IMG/VR virus record: IMGVR_UViG_3300028559_000025
Location: 1 to 64,000 of that record
DNA length: 64,000 bases
From: a virus
Strand: one strand, 5' to 3'
In this document: one piece after another, positions 55,973 through 64,000 of the stretch
Layout: each line of letters starts with the position of its first letter
Numbering within the stretch: position 1 is the stretch's first letter
The notes under the pieces: model-generated
The model's input: only the letters and a program-made list of their open reading frames with translations
Databases searched by the model: none
Told to the model about the DNA's origin: nothing
Position numbers and translations under genes: made by a program

Positions 55973-56995
55973 CAATTCTCTATATCCTGCTATTAAACTA
56001 TTGGCTGAAAAGTTTGTTAATCCTATTTGATATGCCTGATCCTTATAAATACTCATATCACTTTCATAATAATTATCAACTATTTTAGCTAACATTTTAG
56101 CATCTCCCCCATAAACATCAAGCATTATACGAGTCATTAGCCTATCAATCTTTTTAGAGTCTGTAAGCCATTCCTGCGGAAGTATCTTGTTGTTAGGGGA
56201 TATATTGGTCATAAAAACGGGTAGAGCGCTCATTAGAGCCTCGTTCATAGGTAGACATAGGCCTGCATACCGCCTTGGCATTACCATAGCGTCATAGCCT
56301 TCGTAGAGGCTTTCTCTGGTATCTGGACTAGAGGTATCAATGACCAGTCTTGGATCATCACATTCTGTATCTAGGGGGGTTTGACTCTTGATTACAAGTT
56401 GATAATCACTCTTAGAATACTTAAGCATTTCAATTACCGTACTTGTGCCGTTTCTATCTTTTACAGCAGCCTTGCCACCAATGTGTAATATTTTTTTGTG
56501 AGTCTTGCTTGTATTAATATTTTTTGCACCAGCAAATAAATCTATGCTTGTTGGAGGTGGAAGATAAACTACTTTGGTTTTGTCACCAAACTTTTCAACA
56601 ACATCGGTAAAGTTCCATAGGCTTGGAGCAACTAAAATGTCTGGTAGTTGAAGGTCTGGGTTGGCTAAATAGTCCAAGAATTCATAGTTGTATTGAAGAA
56701 CAGTTTTAACTTTTCTTTTCTTTGCTATAGAAATAAATGAGTTGTTGTAGAATATTTCACAACTAAGTACTACATCTAGTCCGTCTATGAACTCATATAC
56801 CTCTTCTTTAGAGGCCATTCCTCGTTTAGTAGTCAAGCAATTGTACCCTTGATACCATTCTGGATGCTGCGTGTTGTCATTAAATTGCGAGGAATCAATA
56901 AGAAGAACCTTATCAGGATTAAGCATTTTAACAAGCTCTTTAGTCTGATTACCTAGTCCAGTGTTGTCAGACCTTGCAATGATTCCTAATCTCAT
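55961..56995 (-). CDS. GT-B (GT4-like) glycosyltransferase
   Basis: GLGNQT; YD..V.P....GL.LP.NEA...LPV. Confidence 0.8.
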   Translation of the reverse strand: MRLGIIARSDNTGLGNQTKELVKMLNPDKVLLIDSSQFNDNTQHPEWYQGYNCLTTKRGMASKEEVYEFIDGLDVVLSCEIFYNNSFISIAKKRKVKTVLQYNYEFLDYLANPDLQLPDILVAPSLWNFTDVVEKFGDKTKVVYLPPPTSIDLFAGAKNINTSKTHKKILHIGGKAAVKDRNGTSTVIEMLKYSKSDYQLVIKSQTPLDTECDDPRLVIDTSSPDTRESLYEGYDAMVMPRRYAGLCLPMNEALMSALPVFMTNISPNNKILPQEWLTDSKKIDRLMTRIMLDVYGGDAKMLAKIVDNYYESDMSIYKDQAYQIGLTNFSANSLIAGYRELLQL

Positions 56996-57657
56996 AAATC
57001 CATTTCTTTATATAATTGTTTTAGTCCTCTTAATGTTCCGATATCCATATACTTTCCACCAGGTTTTACCGCTGATATATTAGCACCATCAGATATCCAA
57101 TCTTTTAATTGTTTACCAGGATGATCCAGGGTTGGATCTAAATATCTAATCATGTTTTTTCTAAACATCATGGTTCCCCACATATCTGGGTAATTACAAT
57201 CTTCTACTTTGTCTTCAGACTTAATTACTTTATCTCCAGATAACAATACCTGCCCTACACGACCTTTTAACTCATCACCACATTCCCAAACACCCAAAAC
57301 TATATCAGCATTGGTTTCTTTAATCATTTCTTTATAAATGTTTACAGGTGCATTTAATATATAAGTATCTGGCATTCCAACAAGCACGGTATCGTTATAT
57401 TCACCAATCATAAACTTTACTGCATCAGACATTGTTGATGGCTCACGAATAATCAGCTTAATGTTCATGTCCATATTTTGTATAATATTTACCCACTCAG
57501 GTCTAGTTGATACACGAACCTCATCACATACTTCTAGCATTTGTTCTACATGCCACTGAAGCAAACATCTTTCATCAGAAATAGGTAGGCAAAACTTTGG
57601 TATTCCTCCAATTCTGGAGGCCTTTCCAGATGCTGGTAAAACTCCTATTGTTTGCAT
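56992..57657 (-). CDS. Sugar-phosphate nucleotidyltransferase
   Basis: LPASGKASRIGGIPK; GMPDT; DIGT. Confidence 0.8.
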   Translation of the reverse strand: MQTIGVLPASGKASRIGGIPKFCLPISDERCLLQWHVEQMLEVCDEVRVSTRPEWVNIIQNMDMNIKLIIREPSTMSDAVKFMIGEYNDTVLVGMPDTYILNAPVNIYKEMIKETNADIVLGVWECGDELKGRVGQVLLSGDKVIKSEDKVEDCNYPDMWGTMMFRKNMIRYLDPTLDHPGKQLKDWISDGANISAVKPGGKYMDIGTLRGLKQLYKEMDL

Positions 57658-58451
57658 TATTTTAACCCATAGTTTTTCTTTAATGTCGCTATATCATTTA
57701 CTGGCCAATAGTCTAAAGATTTTGTAGGATCGTTAAATGGATATTTATATTCTCCCCAACCTTCTCTTGTTCTATCTCCGCCCCATTTAGCCTTAAAGTA
57801 ATCATGAAGAGGTTCAATGTTAATTCTTAGTCCGTCTATTGTTGCACCGCCGTCTATTTGACATGATACATCAACTTCTGCAGCAGGTGCGTTTATTCTC
57901 ATTACATAACTTATAGGTGTATTAGAATGTACAAACTGACTACGCCAAGAAACTGCAACATCCGAATCAGGGTTTATTATAACTTGTTCTTCAAGTATTC
58001 TGCACCTTTGATCCCAGTCACAGTCATCAAAATTATATGGATAAAAATTTTCATCAAAATATCCAATTGCTGAAACTAATTTTTTATTGATTCCACAAAG
58101 ATGCCACCCATGCTGTGTTCTAAACATTAAACCATTGAAGTCTTTAAGCATATCAATGATATGTGAAAAAGGCTGATTAAACAACATTGAAGATGAAACA
58201 ACAAATGTCCAATCATGATTCTTTTTTAATGCTACATTCCATGCTCTTGCTAACCCAATGTTCTCTGACTGATACTCTACCTGAAATCCATACTTTTTTT
58301 CAAATACTTCACACTCTCTGTTTCCACTATTATCTATAAGTAAAACATTTTTATCTCTTATAGATTCCATACATTTATATATTCTTTCTGTTACTCTATA
58401 AACAGGGATACAAATTAGATAATCAATCTCAGTATCTGTTTGCATAAACAT
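57657..58451 (-). CDS. GT2-family glycosyltransferase
   Basis: IDNS; NIGLARAWN; IGYFDENF...DD.D; the DxD position reads SSS. Confidence 0.7.
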   Translation of the reverse strand: MFMQTDTEIDYLICIPVYRVTERIYKCMESIRDKNVLLIDNSGNRECEVFEKKYGFQVEYQSENIGLARAWNVALKKNHDWTFVVSSSMLFNQPFSHIIDMLKDFNGLMFRTQHGWHLCGINKKLVSAIGYFDENFYPYNFDDCDWDQRCRILEEQVIINPDSDVAVSWRSQFVHSNTPISYVMRINAPAAEVDVSCQIDGGATIDGLRINIEPLHDYFKAKWGGDRTREGWGEYKYPFNDPTKSLDYWPVNDIATLKKNYGLK

Positions 58452-59127
58452 ATCCTCCTCTTTCGGGACTACCTAAAATTTCAATGCCAAACTGTTTTGA
58501 AAGCTTTTCAATCATGATGCCAAACCTTCCGTCAAAAGATTTATCAAACTCAAGTGTTAAATATCTAATCTTTGAAAGTATTTCTGGGGGGGTATTAATT
58601 ATAAGATCAAATTCAGCACCTTCAATATCAATCTTCATAACATCTATCTCATCAATACCGTAACGTTCAACAAGGTCTTGAATTGTAATTGCTAAAACCT
58701 CAACAGATTCAGTTAATCCTCCATCAACAATGCTGCTATTACCACCTCTATTTGTAATAAAAACATTTTTTTGTTCATACCAAATAGCATTATTGACTAC
58801 TGTAATATTTTCAGTTGGATTATTTTTAATATTTTCTTTTAACAAGAAGAAATTGTGTGGCTCAGGTTCAATTGAATAAACTTTTATCTTGTTTGCATCT
58901 TCTCTAAACTTATTAAAGCTATCTACATACAGACTAACAGACCCAATGTTTGCACCAATATCAATAAATACTGCATTTTCTTTAAACTGATATTCATGTA
59001 GTCTATAAACATTTTCATTCCATGTTTCATCAACTACTTTATAGTCTAAATTATGATCATCACTTGGATCATCTAGCAACTCTCTAATTTTAAAGGAGTA
59101 GTTTGTATCTATAGTATTGTAATTCAT
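58429..59127 (-). CDS. FkbM-family methyltransferase
   Basis: IDIGANIG; EPEP.N; KIDIEGAE. Confidence 0.9.
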   Translation of the reverse strand: MNYNTIDTNYSFKIRELLDDPSDDHNLDYKVVDETWNENVYRLHEYQFKENAVFIDIGANIGSVSLYVDSFNKFREDANKIKVYSIEPEPHNFFLLKENIKNNPTENITVVNNAIWYEQKNVFITNRGGNSSIVDGGLTESVEVLAITIQDLVERYGIDEIDVMKIDIEGAEFDLIINTPPEILSKIRYLTLEFDKSFDGRFGIMIEKLSKQFGIEILGSPERGGYVYANRY

Positions 59128-60065
59128 AGTCCCAGCTCTTCAAGTATATGCTTCCATCTATGTTTGTAGGTATAGTTATTCTTCACTAACTCATGCCCTG
59201 CAATTCTTATTTGCTCACGTTCTTCTTCATGTTCTACATAATAGTCAATTAATTCCTTCAGTTGTTCAAAATTTCCATACTCATAAAAAACTAAATGCTT
59301 TCTATCTTCAAATTCTTTTTCCATCCCTTGAACATATGGATGTATAAGAAAACCACCACGACCAAGAGTTTCATAAACACGATCAGACCAATAGTCAGGG
59401 TAGTTAAAGTTTAGACATAACGTATCTCCAACAACTACCTTAGTAGTCCAGTATATTTTATTTAAAGAAATTCCACGAACACTTTTGATACCACCGCTAC
59501 CATAGTGCTCAAATCTATTTTTGTATGTATCTTCAAGCCATTCAACTAACTTTGTTCTATATTGCCACTCTGGATGATATTTTTTACTACCAACAAACAA
59601 CACCTTACGATTAGTTATGCTTGGCCTATAAATACATTCTTCTCCAAATACTCCTGCAGGAAGATAGTGACCCTTAACGTTGGTCTTTTCATTAAACCAT
59701 TGAGCCATTTGGCTATCAACGGTAAAGAAGTGATCAATTAATTTGTATACAGGAAATGATTCAAGGTCTTTCTGTCTTTGAAGGCCAAACCATAAGTCAA
59801 GGTGGTATGTCATACTTGGGATAGATAACGTTTTTAATCTTTCAAGTAGCTTTTCCATAGTTATTTTTCCTGAAGTCTGCCAACCATGTGTATGTATCCA
59901 AATAAAAAGATCACTATTTACACAAGCAGCCAAGATATCTTCTGACCTAGCGTCAGACTCTTGCATCCTAACAACTTTATGTCCAAGTGCCTCTAAAGAC
60001 TTGGCATGGTGAGATTCGCTGGTATAGTCAACACGAAAGTTACCTAAAAAAACTATATTAGCCAA
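59124..60065 (-). CDS. GT-B glycosyltransferase (CgeB-like)
   Basis: LFVGS...R; YWSDRVYETLGRGGFLI; R..I...G...V...TY.HR. Confidence 0.8.
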   Translation of the reverse strand: MANIVFLGNFRVDYTSESHHAKSLEALGHKVVRMQESDARSEDILAACVNSDLFIWIHTHGWQTSGKITMEKLLERLKTLSIPSMTYHLDLWFGLQRQKDLESFPVYKLIDHFFTVDSQMAQWFNEKTNVKGHYLPAGVFGEECIYRPSITNRKVLFVGSKKYHPEWQYRTKLVEWLEDTYKNRFEHYGSGGIKSVRGISLNKIYWTTKVVVGDTLCLNFNYPDYWSDRVYETLGRGGFLIHPYVQGMEKEFEDRKHLVFYEYGNFEQLKELIDYYVEHEEEREQIRIAGHELVKNNYTYKHRWKHILEELGL

Positions 60066-60101
60066 GACTACCCCTTTGTTTTAACCATTATACCAGAATA
60101 G

Positions 60102-60173
60102 CACCCCTGATTGGATTTGAACCAACGACCTGCGGATTAGAAGTCCGTCGCTCTTCCGCTGAGCTACAGGGGT
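60102..60173 (-). tRNA. tRNA-Arg(UCU)
   Basis: Acceptor ACCCCTG/CAGGGGT; anticodon loop CTTCTAA; T arm GTTGG-TTCAAAT-CCAAT. Confidence 0.9.
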
Positions 60174-60174
60174 A

Positions 60175-60251
60175 TGGTAGAGCAGGTGAGAATTGAACTC
60201 ACGATCTTCAGTATATAAGACTGGTGCCTTTACCAACTTGGCTACTGGTGT
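60175..60251 (-). tRNA. tRNA-Ile(UAU) with mismatched acceptor stem (possibly pseudo)
   Basis: Anticodon loop CTTATAT; intact D and T arms; CCA encoded; acceptor ACACCAG/CTGCTCT has two C-C mismatches. Confidence 0.7.
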
Positions 60252-60255
60252 TTAG

Positions 60256-60330
60256 TAGGGCAAGTGGGACTTGAACCCACACCTTCCAATTTATGAGATT
60301 GAAGCTACTAACCAATTAAGCTATTGCCCC
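60256..60330 (-). tRNA. tRNA(CAU): elongator Met or Ile2
   Basis: Acceptor GGGGCAA/TTGCCCT; anticodon loop CTCATAA; T arm GTGGG-TTCAAGT-CCCAC. Confidence 0.85.
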
Positions 60331-60337
60331 AATGACG

Positions 60338-60436
60338 TTATTCTTTATTCTGATTAACTCCAACAGTCATTACTAGGTATGAAACTAGATACCCAGAAAA
60401 AAATGATACTGCAGTTAAAACAATTAGCTTAAGCAT
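60338..60436 (-). CDS. 32-aa membrane peptide
   Basis: MLKLIVLTAVSFFSGYLVSYLVMTVGVNQNKE; GGAG RBS; paralog at 62389-62478. Confidence 0.55.
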   Translation of the reverse strand: MLKLIVLTAVSFFSGYLVSYLVMTVGVNQNKE

Positions 60437-60659
60437 TTGCCACTCCTTCCTTTTCATCTTTCTTCCAATGTATATAAGACTTAATATAAACTGCTGCATA
60501 TGCTATTGCCATAGCTATGAAGCCATACTGATCTGTAGCAAGTGCATAAGCAATCCATAAGCACTCATTAACACAAAGTATTAGCCAACCCCAAATAGTC
60601 TTACGACCTACCAAAAATATACCAGTTACACCAATTGCTGCTAATATCCAAGACCACAT
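60429..60659 (-). CDS. PnuC-like three-TM small membrane protein
   Basis: SW...GVTGI.L......GW......LW..Y....QYG.........Y..W. Confidence 0.6.
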   Translation of the reverse strand: MWSWILAAIGVTGIFLVGRKTIWGWLILCVNECLWIAYALATDQYGFIAMAIAYAAVYIKSYIHWKKDEKEGVANA

Positions 60660-60791
60660 TTATTTAGTAGCTGGCATGATTTTGTCACATGGACAAATTA
60701 TTGATTCTGCCAAATCGCCTTTTGTTTTAATAGTAATTGTTGTTCCACACTCTTTATCCTCACATACATATGTACGTTTATTCATTGCCAT
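60660..60791 (-). CDS. 43-aa zinc-ribbon peptide
   Basis: YVCEDKEC...CPC; coupled to both neighbours. Confidence 0.55.
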   Translation of the reverse strand: MAMNKRTYVCEDKECGTTITIKTKGDLAESIICPCDKIMPATK

Positions 60792-61014
60792 GATGTAACC
60801 TTTCGTTTTGTCCTCTTGCAATTGCAGCACATACCTTAAAAGCTGCCTTTGTCCTACGACTTTTCATAAAGCCTAACCTCTGCCATACTGGAACAGTAGC
60901 CTCAATATCAAGTGCAATCTGTTCCCTAATCTCTTTTACCGTTGTGATGATTAAATCCATCACGTATGCTTTTTGATCATCATCAAGATCTTTAGTCCAC
61001 CCAGTTGTTTCCAT
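60778..61014 (-). CDS. Hypothetical protein (REQIA..IEA family)
   Basis: Leaderless: TTGCAA-17-TATGAT-6-ATG; paralog of 61903-62085. Confidence 0.65.
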   Translation of the reverse strand: METTGWTKDLDDDQKAYVMDLIITTVKEIREQIALDIEATVPVWQRLGFMKSRRTKAAFKVCAAIARGQNERLHHGNE

Positions 61015-61067
61015 GGATCAATCATATCAGAAAATCAGCGGTATTGCAACTATGGTATGATTAGTAT

Positions 61068-61232
61068 ATGTATGAATGCGATCATCACCTAATACCTATA
61101 GTATATGGCTACATGCATGGAGACGTAATTGATAAAATAAACAATTATGAAATAATATACGGTGGAATAAAGAGATCTAGTGATTCAGCAGACTGGTTCT
61201 GCACTAGATGTCTTGAAGATGTTTATATTTAA
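61068..61232 (+). CDS. 54-aa zinc-binding peptide
   Basis: C.H...PIVYG...GG......W.C..C; TGGTATGAT promoter just upstream. Confidence 0.6.
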   Translation: MYECDHHLIPIVYGYMHGDVIDKINNYEIIYGGIKRSSDSADWFCTRCLEDVYI

Positions 61233-61237
61233 TTAAA

Positions 61238-61903
61238 TTAATCAACTGCTAAAAAACTTAATTTATCTGAAAATAATTTCCAGATCTTTTCCATATGCTC
61301 AGGTTTTAATCCGTCTACTGGATGTGGAGCATCTGTATGTGTCATAGATGGAGTTAGCTCAGGTACACCAAGAGCATCTAGGATATCCTGCTGAGTAATT
61401 ACTATTTCAAATCTCGCTTCTTTTGCATACTTATGTAGTGCAGCTAGAAACTCACGATTCTGATCAATTCTCTGCTCATGCGTGTAGTATGGACTAATTC
61501 CTTCATGCTTTAGCAACATCTCAGTAAATTGAGGTAATGGCTCTATCACTACAACACTAGAATTTATAAAGTTATTATTTATATTGTCAATAAATTTCTT
61601 TACTGTCTCATCTGCATTCTTGTACCTAGGTAAAAATGTTCTAGTGTCTACATATCCAAGCCATAAAACCAAAACTCCATCATCTTTAATAACTGAAAAT
61701 GGTTGTGGCATATGGTTAACAGTTCTAGCAATTTCTACTCCAGAAGACATTTCATCTTCTTCACGCATTTGCTCAACACTAAATCCATGCATTTTCTTAG
61801 CAGCTTTAGACCAAGGAATAAAAACTACATCATGTTTTTCTGGATAATAATGCTCTATTGCTCTAGATAAATGGCAATCACCAATCATATAAATTTTTTT
61901 CAT
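61238..61903 (-). CDS. SGNH/GDSL-like protein with atypical catalytic residues
   Basis: IGDCH (block I); LGYVD.R; DGLKP where DxxH is expected. Confidence 0.5.
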   Translation of the reverse strand: MKKIYMIGDCHLSRAIEHYYPEKHDVVFIPWSKAAKKMHGFSVEQMREEDEMSSGVEIARTVNHMPQPFSVIKDDGVLVLWLGYVDTRTFLPRYKNADETVKKFIDNINNNFINSSVVVIEPLPQFTEMLLKHEGISPYYTHEQRIDQNREFLAALHKYAKEARFEIVITQQDILDALGVPELTPSMTHTDAPHPVDGLKPEHMEKIWKLFSDKLSFLAVD

Positions 61904-62085
61904 TACTCAAAATCTACCTGCGTTTCAAACTTTTTAGCCCATTCTGTCATATAGTTATCTTCTCCCCTTGCAATATTAGCAGCAGCAATACGCATACCCA
62001 AAGCATTTGTTACTCCTGGAACAATTGGAATAGCCTCTATCTCTGCTGCAATTTCTATTCTTAGCATCATTTCATCCATACTCAT
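61903..62085 (-). CDS. Hypothetical protein (REQIA..IEA family)
   Basis: LRIEIAAEIEA...AANIARG; GGAGG RBS. Confidence 0.65.
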   Translation of the reverse strand: MSMDEMMLRIEIAAEIEAIPIVPGVTNALGMRIAAANIARGEDNYMTEWAKKFETQVDFE

Positions 62086-62086
62086 T

Positions 62087-62329
62087 TTATTCCTCCATGT
62101 TTAATTCGTAATAGGTTCCCCACCAATGATAGGGCTTGTACAAAAAGGTTGACATATATGCGTGGTACCTACAAGCAAGACCAAGATCATCATGATCTCT
62201 ATAATGTAAAAACATATTTAGGTGATAGTGAGCATATTTTTCACAAAAATTACCCATCCATCTAAGTGGAAGTATCCTAGTCTTCTCTATCTTCTTTGAT
62301 CTGCTGAGGAATCCATCGTAATCTTCCAT
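62087..62329 (-). CDS. Hypothetical protein
   Basis: ILPLRW.GN...YKPY..WGTYY. Confidence 0.55.
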   Translation of the reverse strand: MEDYDGFLSRSKKIEKTRILPLRWMGNFCEKYAHYHLNMFLHYRDHDDLGLACRYHAYMSTFLYKPYHWWGTYYELNMEE

Positions 62330-62388
62330 CTACATATACCCTTTCATATCCTAAAGCTTTCCAGTCCATCTTCATAATACTTGGCTCT

Positions 62389-62478
62389 TTAATTTTGATC
62401 CACCTTGTATGTCATAACAAAATAGCATGTCACATAGCCAATAAAAAATGCTGTAATAAGAAATAATATGTTTATCAT
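62389..62478 (-). CDS. 29-aa membrane peptide
   Basis: MINILFLITAFFIGYVTCYFVMTYKVDQN; promoter TTGACT-17-TATACT-7-ATG. Confidence 0.55.
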   Translation of the reverse strand: MINILFLITAFFIGYVTCYFVMTYKVDQN

Positions 62479-62533
62479 ATATATCAGTATATCACTTACC
62501 AGTAAATAAGTCAAGATAAGGTATAATGAATAT

Positions 62534-63109
62534 ATGAAAAATAATAATTATTTAGATTTTTTATACCATAAAATTCCAGACTTAACAATGCTTACTTATC
62601 CTAGATCTGGCAAACATTGGTTATATTGGAACATATTAACAAATACAGACCTAAAAGTAAACTTTTTTCACGCAATAGGTAAAGAATATTATAAAAATAA
62701 TCTTTGTGTCCCAATAATAACAGTAGTCAGAAGCCCAGAAGAATGCTTAGCTTCTATAAATACAATGGAACAAAATACAAAAATTGATAACAGACTAAAT
62801 GAGTATATAAATCATTATGAATTTATTCTAGAGCATGCAGATTTATTTTTTGCATATGAAGACTTAAAGGAAAAAACTCCACAGATAATAGAAGCTATAT
62901 GTAATAGGTTTGGTGGTACGGTATTAGGGTCAAACCATAACTTTCAAGAATATGAAAGATGGTATAAAGAAACACAGAACCCAATTAAACTTATAACATC
63001 AAAAGAGTCTGTTTTGTATCAAGATGTACTTAAACAAACTAAATCTCTTGATTTATCTAAACACAAAAAATTGTATTTTGCTGCAAAAAGCAAAGCAATC
63101 AATCTTTAA
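62534..63109 (+). CDS. Sulfotransferase-like P-loop protein
   Basis: TYPRSG..W (5'-PSB); VRSPEECLAS (3'-PB); YEDL. Confidence 0.65.
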   Translation: MKNNNYLDFLYHKIPDLTMLTYPRSGKHWLYWNILTNTDLKVNFFHAIGKEYYKNNLCVPIITVVRSPEECLASINTMEQNTKIDNRLNEYINHYEFILEHADLFFAYEDLKEKTPQIIEAICNRFGGTVLGSNHNFQEYERWYKETQNPIKLITSKESVLYQDVLKQTKSLDLSKHKKLYFAAKSKAINL

Positions 63110-63209
63110 TTTTATCTTTAATGCACCATATGTGTTTATCTGACATAGTTTGATGAGTATCCCAGTATTCAATGTTTTCTTTGTCCATACCGCAGGCTTT
63201 ACAGTTCAT
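63099..63209 (-). CDS. 36-aa Cys/His peptide
   Basis: MNCKACG...H...C; promoter TTGACT-17-TATTAT-6-ATG. Confidence 0.55.
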   Translation of the reverse strand: MNCKACGMDKENIEYWDTHQTMSDKHIWCIKDKIKD

Positions 63210-63251
63210 ACATACATAATACCTTATTTAGAAAATAAAGTCAAACATGGA

Positions 63252-63377
63252 TTATGATACAAGGCCCATTGATAGATGATTTAAGCACACATCTGCAACC
63301 ACATATTCGTGGTGATTTACTACAACATCGTAATGTGTTGCATCTTTATCGCAGAAGAAGCACTTATCTTTTTTCAT
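63252..63377 (-). CDS. 41-aa zinc-finger peptide
   Basis: CFFC...VC..H; promoter TGATACAAT-6-ATG. Confidence 0.55.
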   Translation of the reverse strand: MKKDKCFFCDKDATHYDVVVNHHEYVVADVCLNHLSMGLVS

Positions 63378-63399
63378 ACACTTATTGTATCATGCCAAG

Positions 63400-63591
63400 C
63401 TATAGGCTATAAGTCTTCAAAGCGCCATTTGCTGCAATCTCAGCCTCTTCCTCTGTATGGCAATATCCATATCTTACAACCTTCAACCCATCATATAGGG
63501 TCCACTTCCAAGGGATAGATGGCATGTAGAATCCAACACGTTTTTTTTCTACATACTCCTCAACGACTACTTTCAACATATCTCCAAGCAT
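63400..63591 (-). CDS. Hypothetical protein
   Basis: PWKW.LYDG......GY..TEEEA. Confidence 0.55.
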   Translation of the reverse strand: MLGDMLKVVVEEYVEKKRVGFYMPSIPWKWTLYDGLKVVRYGYCHTEEEAEIAANGALKTYSL

Positions 63592-63667
63592 CGCCTGTTA
63601 ATGGATCAATATGCCATCCAAACTCTTCCTGAAACTTTTCATTTCTTTCAATCATATTCATGTATTT

Positions 63668-63696
63668 ATTGTAGCAAATTTGTGGGGATAAGTCAA
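63668..63696 (-). promoter_or_regulatory. Sigma70-type promoter
   Basis: TTGACT-17-TACAAT with TG extension; ATG 6 nt downstream at 63661. Confidence 0.75.
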
Positions 63697-63702
63697 ATAT
63701 AT

Positions 63703-63936
63703 TTAAACGTATTCGCCATCCCATACTATTTCCCAAGATGTTGTATTGTATAGTCCTGCATCTACAGAAGCAGATTCTTCATTATATAAGCCACCATCAA
63801 TGTATGGCACTGGAGGTGGGAAGTATGTATCATCATATACAGTAATAGTTGGGATCTTGTTTCTTAATGTTATTGTTTCTCTACCAAGGTAAATATTGGC
63901 TTTAGGGTTTTTTTGACGAACCAATATTTGTGGCAC
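63703..63936 (-). CDS. Small possibly structural protein
   Basis: Repeated DGG/DAG-LYN motifs; GTG start overlaps the upstream stop. Confidence 0.5.
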   Translation of the reverse strand: MPQILVRQKNPKANIYLGRETITLRNKIPTITVYDDTYFPPPVPYIDGGLYNEESASVDAGLYNTTSWEIVWDGEYV

Positions 63937-64000
63937 TATGATGCTCCAGTTATATCGTTCACTACTGTCATAATTCCAGTCAATACTGTATATATAGTGT
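63936..64000 (-). CDS. 3' end of a truncated gene (beta-sandwich virion-type C-terminus)
   Basis: ...TIYTVLTGIMTVVNDITGAS-stop. Confidence 0.45.
   Translation of the reverse strand, partial: TIYTVLTGIMTVVNDITGAS

Noticed and set aside
1-64000. Stop-codon reassignment, DGR, integrase or guide-RNA arrays
   Set aside because: Genes are intact in code 11 with all three stops used; no suppressor tRNA, reverse transcriptase, integrase or periodic non-coding array was seen by eye

Overview
The window is a 64 kb piece of a large, AT-rich tailed phage (siphovirus-like tail). The host is most likely a low-GC freshwater actinobacterium: the window encodes WhiB, a small actinobacterial-type Cys/His protein, an acI-like surface protein and many leaderless promoters. 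The host is inferred, not shown. Gene order: neck and tail genes (0-23 kb, including a 2853-aa tape measure and a (Pro-Thr)n/Cys-rich fibre); prolyl-hydroxylase-like and GT60-like modification genes (24-25.7 kb); replication and recombination (DnaB, DnaG, SSB, DnaE, RecA, resolvases, Cas4-like; 26-37 kb); terminase (38-40.5 kb); surface and proteostasis genes, tRNAs, a candidate small RNA and endolysin (40.5-49 kb); accessory genes with WhiB and a holin; a glycosylation cluster (55-60 kb); three more tRNAs; and a region of promoter-plus-minigene cassettes (60-64 kb). The best candidate new system is a eukaryote-like O-glycosylation module (2OG-Fe(II) prolyl 4-hydroxylase plus GT60 GlcNAc transferase) encoded just downstream of its likely substrate, a tail fibre with mucin-like (PT)n tracts. 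Other highlights: tail chaperones G and GT encoded as two paralogous genes rather than by a frameshift; repeat-bounded cargo cassettes in the tape measure; an independently transcribed structured RNA of about 88 nt; and a tRNA-Ile(UAU) with a chimeric acceptor stem. All family calls come from motif recognition by eye; no searches were run.
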